45,667 bases of DNA from a virus, in the IMG/VR virus record IMGVR_UViG_3300029240_000018, positions 1-45,667 of that record; one strand, 5' to 3'. The notes under the pieces were generated by a model. The model did not search any database. It had not been told where the DNA came from and saw nothing but the letters and a program-made list of their open reading frames with translations. The number at the start of each line of letters is the position of its first letter. Position 1 is the first letter of the stretch. Both the position numbers and the translations under genes were made by a program. Below are positions 37,062-45,056 of this stretch, in pieces.

Positions 37062-37093
37062 GGGGTTGTAACAAGACGTTGCAACCCCTTTTT
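37062..37093 (+). terminator. Strong rho-independent terminator at the end of the late operon
   Basis: 11-bp stem GGGGTTGTAAC / GTTGCAACCCC (one G-U pair), a 5-nt loop, then TTTTT. Confidence 0.9.
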
Positions 37094-37258
37094 CTATTGA
37101 CGCATTTTTAGCCCGTTTCCGGGCATTTTATTTCAAAGTGGATAATTTACCCGTCCCGCTTGCAAAAGTCGCTTAAATCGAAAATTCCAAGAAAATAACT
37201 CTTTTGGAACCAAAAACGGAATTTTTTATAGGAAAACACGAAAATAAAAGATAAAACC

Positions 37259-37289
37259 TTTGGTAATTAAAATAAAGGTTGTATATTTG
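37259..37289 (+). promoter_or_regulatory. Early promoter P1 (TTTGGTAAT-N-TATATTTGC)
   Basis: TTTG 37259-37262, a 19-nt spacer, then TATATTTG 37282-37289. It is collinear with 45269-45299. Confidence 0.7.
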
Positions 37290-37308
37290 CATCATCAAAC
37301 AAGAACGA

Positions 37309-37324
37309 CCGGGCGTTTTCCCGG
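37309..37324 (+). promoter_or_regulatory. Leader hairpin CCGGG-cgtttt-CCCGG
   Basis: Part of the 20-nt string acgaccgggcgttttcccgg, which is repeated exactly at 45316-45335. Confidence 0.7.
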
Positions 37325-37344
37325 AAAATAGAGAGCGAAACAAT

Positions 37345-37596
37345 ATGAATACTCAAAGCATTTATAACGGATTAGATTACACAACAAAAGAGATTAACCG
37401 CAATTTCAAAATCAAGGTAAACGGAATTGTAAACGGCAAAAAGGTTAATGTATTGGTTGGCGTGTCCGGTTTAATAAAGATTGTCGGCGACATTAAGTTA
37501 GTCAATCGCTTATTAAAACGTGCTTTCAATTGTTACGGAGACAAAGAGGTTTGCAAATTGCGCCGAGGCGTTAAAATCACTTTCTATTATCAGTAA
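37345..37596 (+). CDS. Early small hypothetical protein
   Basis: The internal ATG 37345 is used, because the track start at 37279 is TTG and lies inside the promoter. 83 aa. Confidence 0.55.
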   Translation: MNTQSIYNGLDYTTKEINRNFKIKVNGIVNGKKVNVLVGVSGLIKIVGDIKLVNRLLKRAFNCYGDKEVCKLRRGVKITFYYQ

Positions 37597-37604
37597 ACAA
37601 CGAC

Positions 37605-37618
37605 GGGGCGTTTTCCCC
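37605..37618 (+). promoter_or_regulatory. Variant leader hairpin GGGG-cgtttt-CCCC
   Basis: acgacggggcgttttcccc has the same loop and flank as the P1 and P3 hairpins. Confidence 0.55.
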
Positions 37619-37640
37619 AGAACAATATAAATTTTCAATC

Positions 37641-38012
37641 ATGGCAAAGTACATTTTAGTTAAGAAAGTAAAGGGAAAGAAATACGAGTACCAAGTTATT
37701 GACGTTGATAGTAAAGCGATTGTTTCAAAAAGAACGTCCGCCCGTGATTATGTGGCGTGTACCGCCGACGGTTCGTTTTATTTCGGGCGTTTGGATTTAA
37801 TCGGGAAAGGCGACCACGGCAAAAGATTGAGCCATACGGCGGCAATATTGGCAAACCCGGAGGCGGCATATAAAAAACAAGTTGCATACTTTACGCCGGA
37901 TTATCGGAGTAAATGGATAGCCGAAAACCCCGCCGAACAATGGATTGCCCGAAACGTTGAATATGCGACAAAGGAAAAAGAGAGATTAAACGCAATTGCG
38001 TATTTGCAGTAA
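37641..38012 (+). CDS. Early hypothetical protein
   Basis: 123 aa with an ATG start. Confidence 0.55.
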   Translation: MAKYILVKKVKGKKYEYQVIDVDSKAIVSKRTSARDYVACTADGSFYFGRLDLIGKGDHGKRLSHTAAILANPEAAYKKQVAYFTPDYRSKWIAENPAEQWIARNVEYATKEKERLNAIAYLQ

Positions 38013-38019
38013 TAACCAA

Positions 38020-38041
38020 GCCGGGGGCGCAATCCCCCGGC
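38020..38041 (+). promoter_or_regulatory. GC hairpin, an exact copy of 35370-35391, followed by CATAACCATTTAGAGCGATG
   Basis: Read directly. Confidence 0.6.
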
Positions 38042-38057
38042 ATAACCATTTAGAGCG

Positions 38058-38273
38058 ATGAACAAAACGAAACGTTACCGATTAAGTCAAGATATGTATA
38101 AGATAATCCAAAATGCAAACGGCGGGTTATTTTTGCTTTATACCCGGCACAATCCCGGCGATGTGTTGAACCTATTGTTAGACGGCAACGATATTGGGTT
38201 GACGTGCCGAGTTGAGAGCCGACACGACCAATATTATAAGTATTGCAAAGTAATTACGGAGGGCGTACAATGA
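38058..38273 (+). CDS. Early small hypothetical protein
   Basis: 71 aa. The start is embedded in TTAGAGCGATG. Confidence 0.55.
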   Translation: MNKTKRYRLSQDMYKIIQNANGGLFLLYTRHNPGDVLNLLLDGNDIGLTCRVESRHDQYYKYCKVITEGVQ

Positions 38274-38788
38274 GCCGTAACAGAGAGCGACAACAAGAAT
38301 TGCAGCCGGGGCGGGTCGATTACGCCCGTACCCGGTTGGAGGCGTTGGGCTATCCGGTTATGGAGGTCAACGCCACGACCTTACAATTTACTTTCCGGGG
38401 TTCCCCGGTTACATTATACCCGTATTCCGGTTGGTTTACCGGGCGCACCGTTACCGATGGACGGGGAATTAAGAACCTATTAAAACAAATACCTATGCGA
38501 TTTGCATTAAGAAAACAAGAAAAGATAAAAGCGTATTTTGAGCCAAACGGGGACGAAATATTGAACCGGATAAAAGAAAGTTTAACCCGGTATTTTTCCG
38601 CCGACCGTTCGGAGTTCCCGGAGGGGTTCCGGGATATTGAAAGCGATTATAACCAATTGCCGGGGGAACCGTACCCAACCATTGCGATAAACGACACCGG
38701 GAACCCGGAACGTATGATTGAGTTCTATGTTACCGGGAAACAATACGACGTTTACCATGTGGCATTTAAAGGATTTACAAAGGGTTAA
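38270..38788 (+). CDS. Hypothetical protein
   Basis: ATG 38270 forms an ATGA overlap with GGAGGG upstream. 172 aa. Confidence 0.55.
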   Translation: MSRNRERQQELQPGRVDYARTRLEALGYPVMEVNATTLQFTFRGSPVTLYPYSGWFTGRTVTDGRGIKNLLKQIPMRFALRKQEKIKAYFEPNGDEILNRIKESLTRYFSADRSEFPEGFRDIESDYNQLPGEPYPTIAINDTGNPERMIEFYVTGKQYDVYHVAFKGFTKG

Positions 38789-38791
38789 TAT

Positions 38792-39067
38792 ATGGGAATG
38801 ATAAAAAGGAATTGCGACAATTGCGGCAAAGAATACAACGCCGATACCCGGAATTTACGCCGAGGTTGGGGACGTTGTTGTTGTAAGAGTTGCGCCGCCC
38901 AATTGAGGGAAAAGAATAAACCCGGATATAACCCGGAACGGGTCGCCGTAAATAATGCACGCCGGAAATTTTGGGCGGATTGCCCGGAACCGGAACATTA
39001 CCCGTTGAGTTATGACGGGGCGGATTTCGACCAATGGGGGGATTGTGAATTTGGAATACATGATTAA
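38792..39067 (+). CDS. Small zinc-ribbon protein
   Basis: CDNCGKEY…GWGRCCCKSC. Confidence 0.5.
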   Translation: MGMIKRNCDNCGKEYNADTRNLRRGWGRCCCKSCAAQLREKNKPGYNPERVAVNNARRKFWADCPEPEHYPLSYDGADFDQWGDCEFGIHD

Positions 39068-39073
39068 AAAGAT

Positions 39074-39106
39074 AACCCCCGACGCAATGAAGTAACGCCG
39101 GGGGTT
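39074..39106 (+). promoter_or_regulatory. Hairpin AACCCCCG…CGGGGGTT (8-bp stem, 17-nt loop)
   Basis: Read directly. No T-run follows, so terminator function is uncertain. Confidence 0.35.
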
Positions 39107-39220
39107 GGTACGCAGTAACCGAGAGCGATGTTTTAGGTTATGCGGTGCAACAAAATTAGTGCTTTTTATCTGTATTACAAGCGTCCAACATGAACAAATA
39201 AAACTTTCAAAGGTTTTATT

Positions 39221-39251
39221 TTTGGTAATACAAATATTATTTATACATTTG
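39221..39251 (+). promoter_or_regulatory. Early promoter P2 (TTTGGTAAT-N-TACATTTGC)
   Basis: TTTG 39221-39224, a 19-nt spacer, then TACATTTG 39244-39251. Confidence 0.65.
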
Positions 39252-39267
39252 CAGAAACAAAAACCCA

Positions 39268-39283
39268 CCGGGGGAGTACCCGG
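39268..39283 (+). promoter_or_regulatory. Leader hairpin CCGGG-ggagta-CCCGG
   Basis: It occupies the same position relative to the -7 box as the P1 and P3 hairpins. Confidence 0.55.
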
Positions 39284-39290
39284 CAAAGAT

Positions 39291-39725
39291 ATGAGAATAA
39301 AAGAGAGCGATTTATTAAAAAAATTGGCGACCGATAGCGGGAAAACAGCCAACCAAGTTGCCGAAATTATCATTTCGGAATTACTCAAAAACAAAGTTAT
39401 TGAGGACACCCCGGAAAATTGGGGCGTTTCCGTTTTCGATGCAATAAACGAGGACGTAACCGAGGAACAAACCGCCAATTGTTATGCGGCTATTTCCGAG
39501 GCGTTGGGCGTGTATCTGAAACGGGTATATTTCATTGTCCCGGATTTGGATTTAATGGGTAACGACGATTGCCCGGAATGCGGCGGCGAAATGGAAGTTA
39601 CCGACGGCGAATATAAACAGACCGGAGGCGACGGATATTTGACCCCGCCGGAATATACCGCAATTTGGGAGGAAATGACGTGTACGCATTGCGGACACAA
39701 AGAGAGCAACGAACCGAGTTATTAA
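39291..39725 (+). CDS. Acidic early protein with a C-terminal zinc ribbon
   Basis: The internal ATG 39291 is used, because the track ORF start at 39105 runs through the promoter. CPECGG…CTHCGH, with many D/E residues. Confidence 0.55.
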   Translation: MRIKESDLLKKLATDSGKTANQVAEIIISELLKNKVIEDTPENWGVSVFDAINEDVTEEQTANCYAAISEALGVYLKRVYFIVPDLDLMGNDDCPECGGEMEVTDGEYKQTGGDGYLTPPEYTAIWEEMTCTHCGHKESNEPSY

Positions 39726-39743
39726 CAATAAAAGACTAAAGAA

Positions 39744-39986
39744 ATGGCAGAAATGACGAAATTAAGAGTAAACGAGGCAATCGCACGGGCGCAAACCGCC
39801 GGAATTAAAGTTTATAAAAAAGAGGTTGCCGCCCGGTTATGGGAGGGACGCACCGAAAGCGCACAACAAGTTAATATGACTAACTTATGTAACGGAACGA
39901 CTAAACAGATACGCCCGGAATGGGTCGTTATCATTTGCGAAATGTGTAATTGTACCCCTAATTATTTGTTTGGCTATGAAGAATAA
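39744..39986 (+). CDS. XRE-family helix-turn-helix regulator (Cro/Aca-like)
   Basis: 80 aa. …KEVAARLW…QVNMTNLCNGTT…ICEMCNCTPNYLFG is the typical HTH_3 ending. Confidence 0.7.
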   Translation: MAEMTKLRVNEAIARAQTAGIKVYKKEVAARLWEGRTESAQQVNMTNLCNGTTKQIRPEWVVIICEMCNCTPNYLFGYEE

Positions 39987-40188
39987 CGGGTTACAATGGT
40001 TTGAACGCATGGCGGACGTTATGTTTTCCGATAGGTTCCAAGCGAAAGCGATTATTGCGACATTTGGAACGTTGGGCGTTGTTTGTCTGATTGGCGCATT
40101 TTGGAACCCGTGGCAATTGATGTTTGCGGGTCTGTGTGCCGCAATGGTATTATGTGGATTTTCAGAATTAAAAAAGAGTAGAAAATGA
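39976..40188 (+). CDS. Small membrane protein
   Basis: ATG 39976. Two hydrophobic helices (IIATFGTLGVVCLIGAF and LMFAGLCAAMVLCGF). Confidence 0.45.
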   Translation: MKNNGLQWFERMADVMFSDRFQAKAIIATFGTLGVVCLIGAFWNPWQLMFAGLCAAMVLCGFSELKKSRK

Positions 40189-41528
40189 GAGCGAACAAAA
40201 AGAAACCGGAAAACCCGGTACAAAAGACGGTTGAAAGTTTGGGAGCCGTTCCCGCCGACCAATTCCCGGAAATTACCGAGGAACAACAACAAATAATCCC
40301 ACCGTTTGAAGCGGTCGAGGTTGAACAACCAACCGGAATATTTGAGATATTGCCGGGCATGACGGTTGAGGAAATGACGGCAATGTTTTTTGATGAAAAA
40401 ACGTTGATTGAACCCCCGTATAAGGTTTGGCAATTGAATAGTAAGGGACACCGCTATTATTACCGATATGACGACAACGGGAACCCGGAGTTTTTCCCGT
40501 CGGTTACAACGATATTGTCCCAAACGTTACCCAAAGCCCCGCACTTAATACAATGGATTGCCAACAAAGGCATTGAGGAAGCGGAACGATACAAAGGCGA
40601 ACGGGCGGCGTATGGTACGTTTATGCACGCCGCATTTGAGGAATTATTAATTAACCGGGCTTATGATTTGGACGGGTTAAAAGGCAAACTAAAAGAATAT
40701 ATTGAGGTTTACCGATTGCCGGACGATTTTATATATTATGCCGACGATTTGAAAAAGGACGTATTGGCGTTTGCTCAATTCGTATTAGATTACGACGTGC
40801 GCCCGTTGGCGGTTGAAATTGCTTTAGTGCATCCATATTACAAGTATGCCGGAATGATTGATTGCCCGTGTACCATGTTGGCAAAGATAGGCGGCGACGA
40901 ACGTATTAACGCAATCGTCGATTTTAAGAGCGGACGCAAAGGATTTTACGAGGAAAGCGAGATACAATTAGGGATGTACCGGGATATGTGGAACGTCAAT
41001 TTTGAGCAATTCCCCGTTACCCGTATTTTCAATTTCAGCCCGAAAGATTGGCGCAAACGTCCGTCGTACAATCTGAAAGAACAAACGGATAGCCCCAATA
41101 TACGGAAAATCCCGTATCTGTTAGAAATTGCAGCCATTGAGGACGAAAAGAAAGATAATACGTTTACGTCGGTTAATGGTATGGTTTTATTGGATAATGC
41201 ACCCGATTTGACGCAAAACGTAATATCCTTATCGTTGGCGGAATTGATTAAAACGAAAGCCCCAAAGGAGGCGACCCCGGACGAAAACACGGACGCCGCC
41301 GAGAAAGTCAAGGCGGATGCACCGGAACCGGAAAAGGAGCCAAAGAAAACAACCATTGTTAAACGTGCGCCCAAAAAGGCAAAGGAGGCGGAAAAGAAAG
41401 CCGCCACGGGCAAAACGACCGCAAAGCGAGGTAATACCACGGAAAAGAAAGTAAAGCCCGCAAACGAGCCTAAAAAGCCCAAAAATGAGAGTAGGAAAAA
41501 GATGTTGAACGACGACCCCGAAATTTAA
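40185..41528 (+). CDS. PD-(D/E)XK (RecB/Cas4-like) nuclease with a Lys/Ala/Pro-rich C-terminal tail
   Basis: GTFMHAAFE…, GMID…IVDFKSG…EIQLGMY (D, DxK and QxxxY motifs). The last 90 aa or so are KKxK-rich. Confidence 0.6.
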   Translation: MRANKKKPENPVQKTVESLGAVPADQFPEITEEQQQIIPPFEAVEVEQPTGIFEILPGMTVEEMTAMFFDEKTLIEPPYKVWQLNSKGHRYYYRYDDNGNPEFFPSVTTILSQTLPKAPHLIQWIANKGIEEAERYKGERAAYGTFMHAAFEELLINRAYDLDGLKGKLKEYIEVYRLPDDFIYYADDLKKDVLAFAQFVLDYDVRPLAVEIALVHPYYKYAGMIDCPCTMLAKIGGDERINAIVDFKSGRKGFYEESEIQLGMYRDMWNVNFEQFPVTRIFNFSPKDWRKRPSYNLKEQTDSPNIRKIPYLLEIAAIEDEKKDNTFTSVNGMVLLDNAPDLTQNVISLSLAELIKTKAPKEATPDENTDAAEKVKADAPEPEKEPKKTTIVKRAPKKAKEAEKKAATGKTTAKRGNTTEKKVKPANEPKKPKNESRKKMLNDDPEI

Positions 41529-41533
41529 TTATT

Positions 41534-41737
41534 ATGAATATAGTATATTACGCAGTTGATGAGAGTGGACGGGCAATTGTACATACAGAAAAACCCGAAA
41601 GATGTACACGGGATTTTGATAGCCCCGTTTGGATTGATGCGGTTGAACTATTGGGAGAAATACCGCCGGAATTATCGCATATAAATTGGGAAAATTCGCC
41701 CGTTAAATTAGAGTTAAATATAAAAATTGTTGAATGA
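41534..41737 (+). CDS. Hypothetical small protein
   Basis: 67 aa. Confidence 0.45.
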   Translation: MNIVYYAVDESGRAIVHTEKPERCTRDFDSPVWIDAVELLGEIPPELSHINWENSPVKLELNIKIVE

Positions 41738-42453
41738 TGAAAGGAAGAATAAAACGACCGGAGGCGCAACAATCCCGTTTGATATTGCCCCGTGTCGGTC
41801 AAATAAAAATCGGTATGAAAAACGCAAACGGTTATCCGCAAAGCGTTGATTACTTCATACCAACGGGAAAATATGCCGGGTTATTTACACAGGCATACGG
41901 CGAAAAGCCGCAAACAATACAAATTGTTTTCCCGGACGACGACCCGGCAAAAGTATGTAACGAGCGTTACGAATACCGGGACGACGACGGGCGATTGATT
42001 GCGGCGGGCGATGGCGACGCATTCCAAGTATGGGACGGAAAGAAATACGAAACGTTGACAACGGAGAAATACCCAAACTTAATGCAGTCAATAACGAAGC
42101 GTTACCCGAATAAAAAGAGCCGCCAACCGGATTGCGACGGTTGGGAGGTAACATTAACGCTAAACTTTATTGTTCCTTTGGTTCGTGGGGTTGCCGGGGT
42201 TTGGCAATTCGCAACAAAGGGAACGGCGTCCACAATCCCGCAAATACGGGAAACGTTCGACGGTATGTTAGCGGAACGGGGATTTTGCAAAGGCATTATC
42301 TTTGATTTGAATGTACAATTTGCCACGACCCAAAAGCCGGGCGACCGTTCCCGTTTTCCCGTCGTGTCGTTGGTTCCCAATGAGAGTGCAGACAATGTTT
42401 TGAAAGTACGTAAAGCATGGGAACCCGTTAAAAAATTGGAGGGCGGCGAATAA
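41734..42453 (+). CDS. Hypothetical protein (possible annealase/recombination partner, by position only)
   Basis: 239 aa, between the nuclease and the initiator. No motif assigned with confidence. Confidence 0.4.
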   Translation: MMKGRIKRPEAQQSRLILPRVGQIKIGMKNANGYPQSVDYFIPTGKYAGLFTQAYGEKPQTIQIVFPDDDPAKVCNERYEYRDDDGRLIAAGDGDAFQVWDGKKYETLTTEKYPNLMQSITKRYPNKKSRQPDCDGWEVTLTLNFIVPLVRGVAGVWQFATKGTASTIPQIRETFDGMLAERGFCKGIIFDLNVQFATTQKPGDRSRFPVVSLVPNESADNVLKVRKAWEPVKKLEGGE

Positions 42454-43298
42454 TGGCGGATACTATCAGACGAACCAAAAGGACGGGTAATTTTACGACC
42501 GTCCGCAACGAATATTTACAGGACGTAAATTTGAGTTGGAAAGCAAAGGGATTGATAACGTATATTATGAGTTTACCCCCGGATTGGCAATTGAATTTGT
42601 CCGATTTAAAAAATAGGTCAAAGGACGGACGGGACGCAACCGCCGCCGGATTACGTGAATTGATAACGAACGGATATTGCCAACGTTGCAAAGTTCGTGG
42701 CGACGGCGGAACGTTCGTCGGGTGTGATTACGAGGTTAGCGATATTAAAGAGTTTGAACCACAAACGGAAAACCCGTTTATGGATGCGCCACAAACGGAA
42801 AATCCGGTTGCGGTAAATCCCGAAACGGAAAAACCCGATACGGGAAAGCCGACATTAATAAATACTAATCTTACTAAAGACTCAAATACACTAAATACTA
42901 ATCCAAGTAATACGCCGCAAAATGCTTTTGCGTCTTTGTTCCCCGACGAACCAAAGGTTGAGGAACCAAAGGAGAAAAAAACGTTATTCCGCAATTCCGA
43001 CGTTTACAAAATGGTTAAATTTGAAAACGGCGTTGGCGTGGATTATTCCGAGTTTGAAAGTAAGTTTGCGACCCCGGAATTTGAAAAGGTCGATTTGGTT
43101 TATTACTTTCATTCGGTTAGCGATTGGAGCGACCAAAAGAATATGAAGCGAACTAAAAACGGTTGGTTGGCGACCGTCCGCAATTTCATACGGGGGGACG
43201 TCGAAAAGAAAAAGTTGCATTTGAAACCCGAATACAAAGCCCCAACGCACAGATTGAACGTTGCCGGGGCTATTGAGTATTTGAAAGATGATTATTAA
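42453..43298 (+). CDS. Replication initiator/replisome organiser (N-terminal winged-helix type)
   Basis: FTTVRNEYLQDVNLSWKAKGLITYIMSLPPDWQLNLSDL…GRDATAAGLRELITNGY, then PQTENP/ETEKP decapeptide repeats. Confidence 0.6.
   Translation: MADTIRRTKRTGNFTTVRNEYLQDVNLSWKAKGLITYIMSLPPDWQLNLSDLKNRSKDGRDATAAGLRELITNGYCQRCKVRGDGGTFVGCDYEVSDIKEFEPQTENPFMDAPQTENPVAVNPETEKPDTGKPTLINTNLTKDSNTLNTNPSNTPQNAFASLFPDEPKVEEPKEKKTLFRNSDVYKMVKFENGVGVDYSEFESKFATPEFEKVDLVYYFHSVSDWSDQKNMKRTKNGWLATVRNFIRGDVEKKKLHLKPEYKAPTHRLNVAGAIEYLKDDY
42759..42912 (+). repeat. Origin-like element: three 30-bp-phased iterons plus an AT-rich segment with two AAATACTAATC repeats
   Basis: CCACAAACGGAAAA(C/T)CCG at 42759 and 42789, and CCCGAAACGGAAAAACCCG at 42819. 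AAATACTAATC at 42860 and 42893. Confidence 0.55.
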
Positions 43299-44256
43299 CA
43301 TGGAAGCATTACCCGAAAAGACAAACAGATTGCCACAAACGTTGCCCGAAAAACGACAATCCGCCGCCGTTTTGCTTTATAGCGGAACGGCAAAAGCAAT
43401 TGACGTTCGCCGGGCGATGGTTGAGTTACCGGAGGTTGCCAAAGCATTAACCCCGGTTGAAAAGTATATTTTCGTGGCGTCCACAAAAAAACAGATTGCC
43501 GAGATTGACGACGAAACGTTGATTGCCAAAACCGGGCAAATGTTCCGGTTTATCGCAATGGACGTGGGGTTTATCATTCCCACGGAAAACCGGGACGATT
43601 GGACGTATATTTGTACCCGGTTGTTGGATTTACTAAAACGCTATTATTCGCAATTAACATTGTCCGAGGTTAAATTAGCGTTTGAATTGCTGATTACGGG
43701 GGAATTGGACGACTATTTGCCAAAGGATAGGGACGGGAACGCAGAACGGAAACATTACCAACAATTCAACGCCGATTATTTCGCAAAGGTATTGAACGCA
43801 TATTGCCGGAAACAAAACCAAGTTATCGGCAAAGCATATACAGCGTTACCGGAACCGAAAAAGGAGTTAAGCCCGGAGCAAATCCGGTATTATCGCAATC
43901 AATCGGTTATGACTTGTTTAATGTGTTTTTTGCGCTATAAATATACCGGGCGTTTAGTGTTTGGATTAACCGACGAAATGTTTGTTTATAATTGGTTGTT
44001 GGGCGTTCGGTTAGCGGATGAAGTGAAAGAAACCGAGGACGACCGGAAAGAAGCATATAACCGATTTTTGGCACGTGCCGCCCGTGGGTTAGTTAATGAA
44101 TTTACGGTTTACCACGTTCGTAAACAAGGAACCCAAAGCCCGGAAATTGATTATACAGCCTTTGAGGTTGCCCGGCGTAAAGAAATTAAACGGACTTTCG
44201 ACCGAATGATTAAGGACGAAATTTATATTTACCATTATTTGAAATTTGAAAAATGA
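43288..44256 (+). CDS. Hypothetical protein (replication accessory by position)
   Basis: 322 aa. An alternative start is ATG 43300. Confidence 0.5.
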   Translation: MIINMEALPEKTNRLPQTLPEKRQSAAVLLYSGTAKAIDVRRAMVELPEVAKALTPVEKYIFVASTKKQIAEIDDETLIAKTGQMFRFIAMDVGFIIPTENRDDWTYICTRLLDLLKRYYSQLTLSEVKLAFELLITGELDDYLPKDRDGNAERKHYQQFNADYFAKVLNAYCRKQNQVIGKAYTALPEPKKELSPEQIRYYRNQSVMTCLMCFLRYKYTGRLVFGLTDEMFVYNWLLGVRLADEVKETEDDRKEAYNRFLARAARGLVNEFTVYHVRKQGTQSPEIDYTAFEVARRKEIKRTFDRMIKDEIYIYHYLKFEK

Positions 44257-44807
44257 AAATAGATTGCATTATTGGAATTGACCCCGGAGCCGCCGGGGGT
44301 ATCGTGGTTTGGCGACCCAACCATAACGCAACGGCAATAAAGATGCCTAAAGACATTAACGAGATACGGGATTTTCTCAATTACTACAAAGAGATTAGCA
44401 CGCCGATTGTCTTTTTGGAAAAATTGAGCGTTCGCCCGGACGACGTAACGGTTGGGGATGCCGGGGCAAACATGGGTAAGTTGTACCGCATTCAAAAGAT
44501 GTTGCAAAACTTTGAGCATTTGAAAGCTATTATAACCGTCGCCGAAATACCATTTGTTTTGGTTAATGCTATGAAGTGGCAAAACGACCTTAAATTGCGT
44601 ATCAAAGTAAAAGGGAAAAAGGAGGAAAAGGCAGACCGCAAACGACGGTTCCGGGATATTGCCGGGAAATTATACCCGGAAATTACCCCGGCGTTGTGGA
44701 ATGCGGACGCAACGTTAATAATGCACTTTGGACGGTTCATTTTACAAAACAACCCCCGTTGGGTTTTGGAAAATTTGCCCCAACAAATGCACAACCGTTT
44801 ATTTTAA
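44253..44807 (+). CDS. RuvC-like Holliday junction resolvase
   Basis: IIGIDPGAAGG (Asp), VFLEK (Glu) and NADATLIMHFGR (C-terminal acidic/His motif). Confidence 0.7.
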   Translation: MKIDCIIGIDPGAAGGIVVWRPNHNATAIKMPKDINEIRDFLNYYKEISTPIVFLEKLSVRPDDVTVGDAGANMGKLYRIQKMLQNFEHLKAIITVAEIPFVLVNAMKWQNDLKLRIKVKGKKEEKADRKRRFRDIAGKLYPEITPALWNADATLIMHFGRFILQNNPRWVLENLPQQMHNRLF

Positions 44808-44833
44808 GCCCGTAGGGACGTTTAATTATTCAA

Positions 44834-45055
44834 ATGGTTGCTTATATGGCAGACGAAACAAAAGCCCCGCAAATCGAAAATCCCGAAAAAATAACGGCAA
44901 AAGATTTGGCGGAAATGGTAAAACAGATGCGGCACAACCAACGACGTTGCCAACGGAACCCAACCCCGGAAAAATTGGCAACGTTGGAAAGTTGGGAACG
45001 CAAAGTTGATGCGGTCGTTGCTGTATTGACCGATACACAAATGAAATTGTTTTGA
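44834..45055 (+). CDS. Hypothetical small protein
   Basis: 73 aa. Confidence 0.45.
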   Translation: MVAYMADETKAPQIENPEKITAKDLAEMVKQMRHNQRRCQRNPTPEKLATLESWERKVDAVVAVLTDTQMKLF

Positions 45056-45056
45056 T

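Noticed and set aside
36433-37074. 213-aa minus-strand ORF, plus other long minus-strand ORFs (for example 2962-3594, 23132-23641, 38855-39478, 39885-40523, 40946-41482)
   Set aside because: Each lies antisense to a + strand gene with recognisable motifs or a coherent operon context. Their translations are low-complexity or Ser/Cys/Phe-rich shadow sequences. No promoter or terminator signals support them.
37185-37209. The TTCCAA…TTGGAA inverted repeat upstream of P1 as an operator
   Set aside because: It has only 6-bp arms and a 13-nt spacer, and it is not repeated at P2 or P3. It is indistinguishable from chance.
37279-37344. N-terminal extensions of the track ORFs at 37279, 39105 and 45305 (and 15190, 22194, 8685, 12726, 38243, 3869)
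   Set aside because: The extensions fall into three groups:
- At 37279, 39105 and 45305 they run through promoter boxes or leader hairpins.
- At 37279 and 3869 they use TTG starts.
- At 3869, 8685, 12726, 15190, 22194 and 38243 they overlap upstream genes.

Internal ATGs give compact, often ATGA-coupled, gene junctions.
39744-39986. The XRE HTH gene as evidence of a temperate lifestyle
   Set aside because: No integrase, excisionase, divergent repressor arrangement or attP-like feature was found. A single Cro/Aca-like regulator is common in lytic phages.
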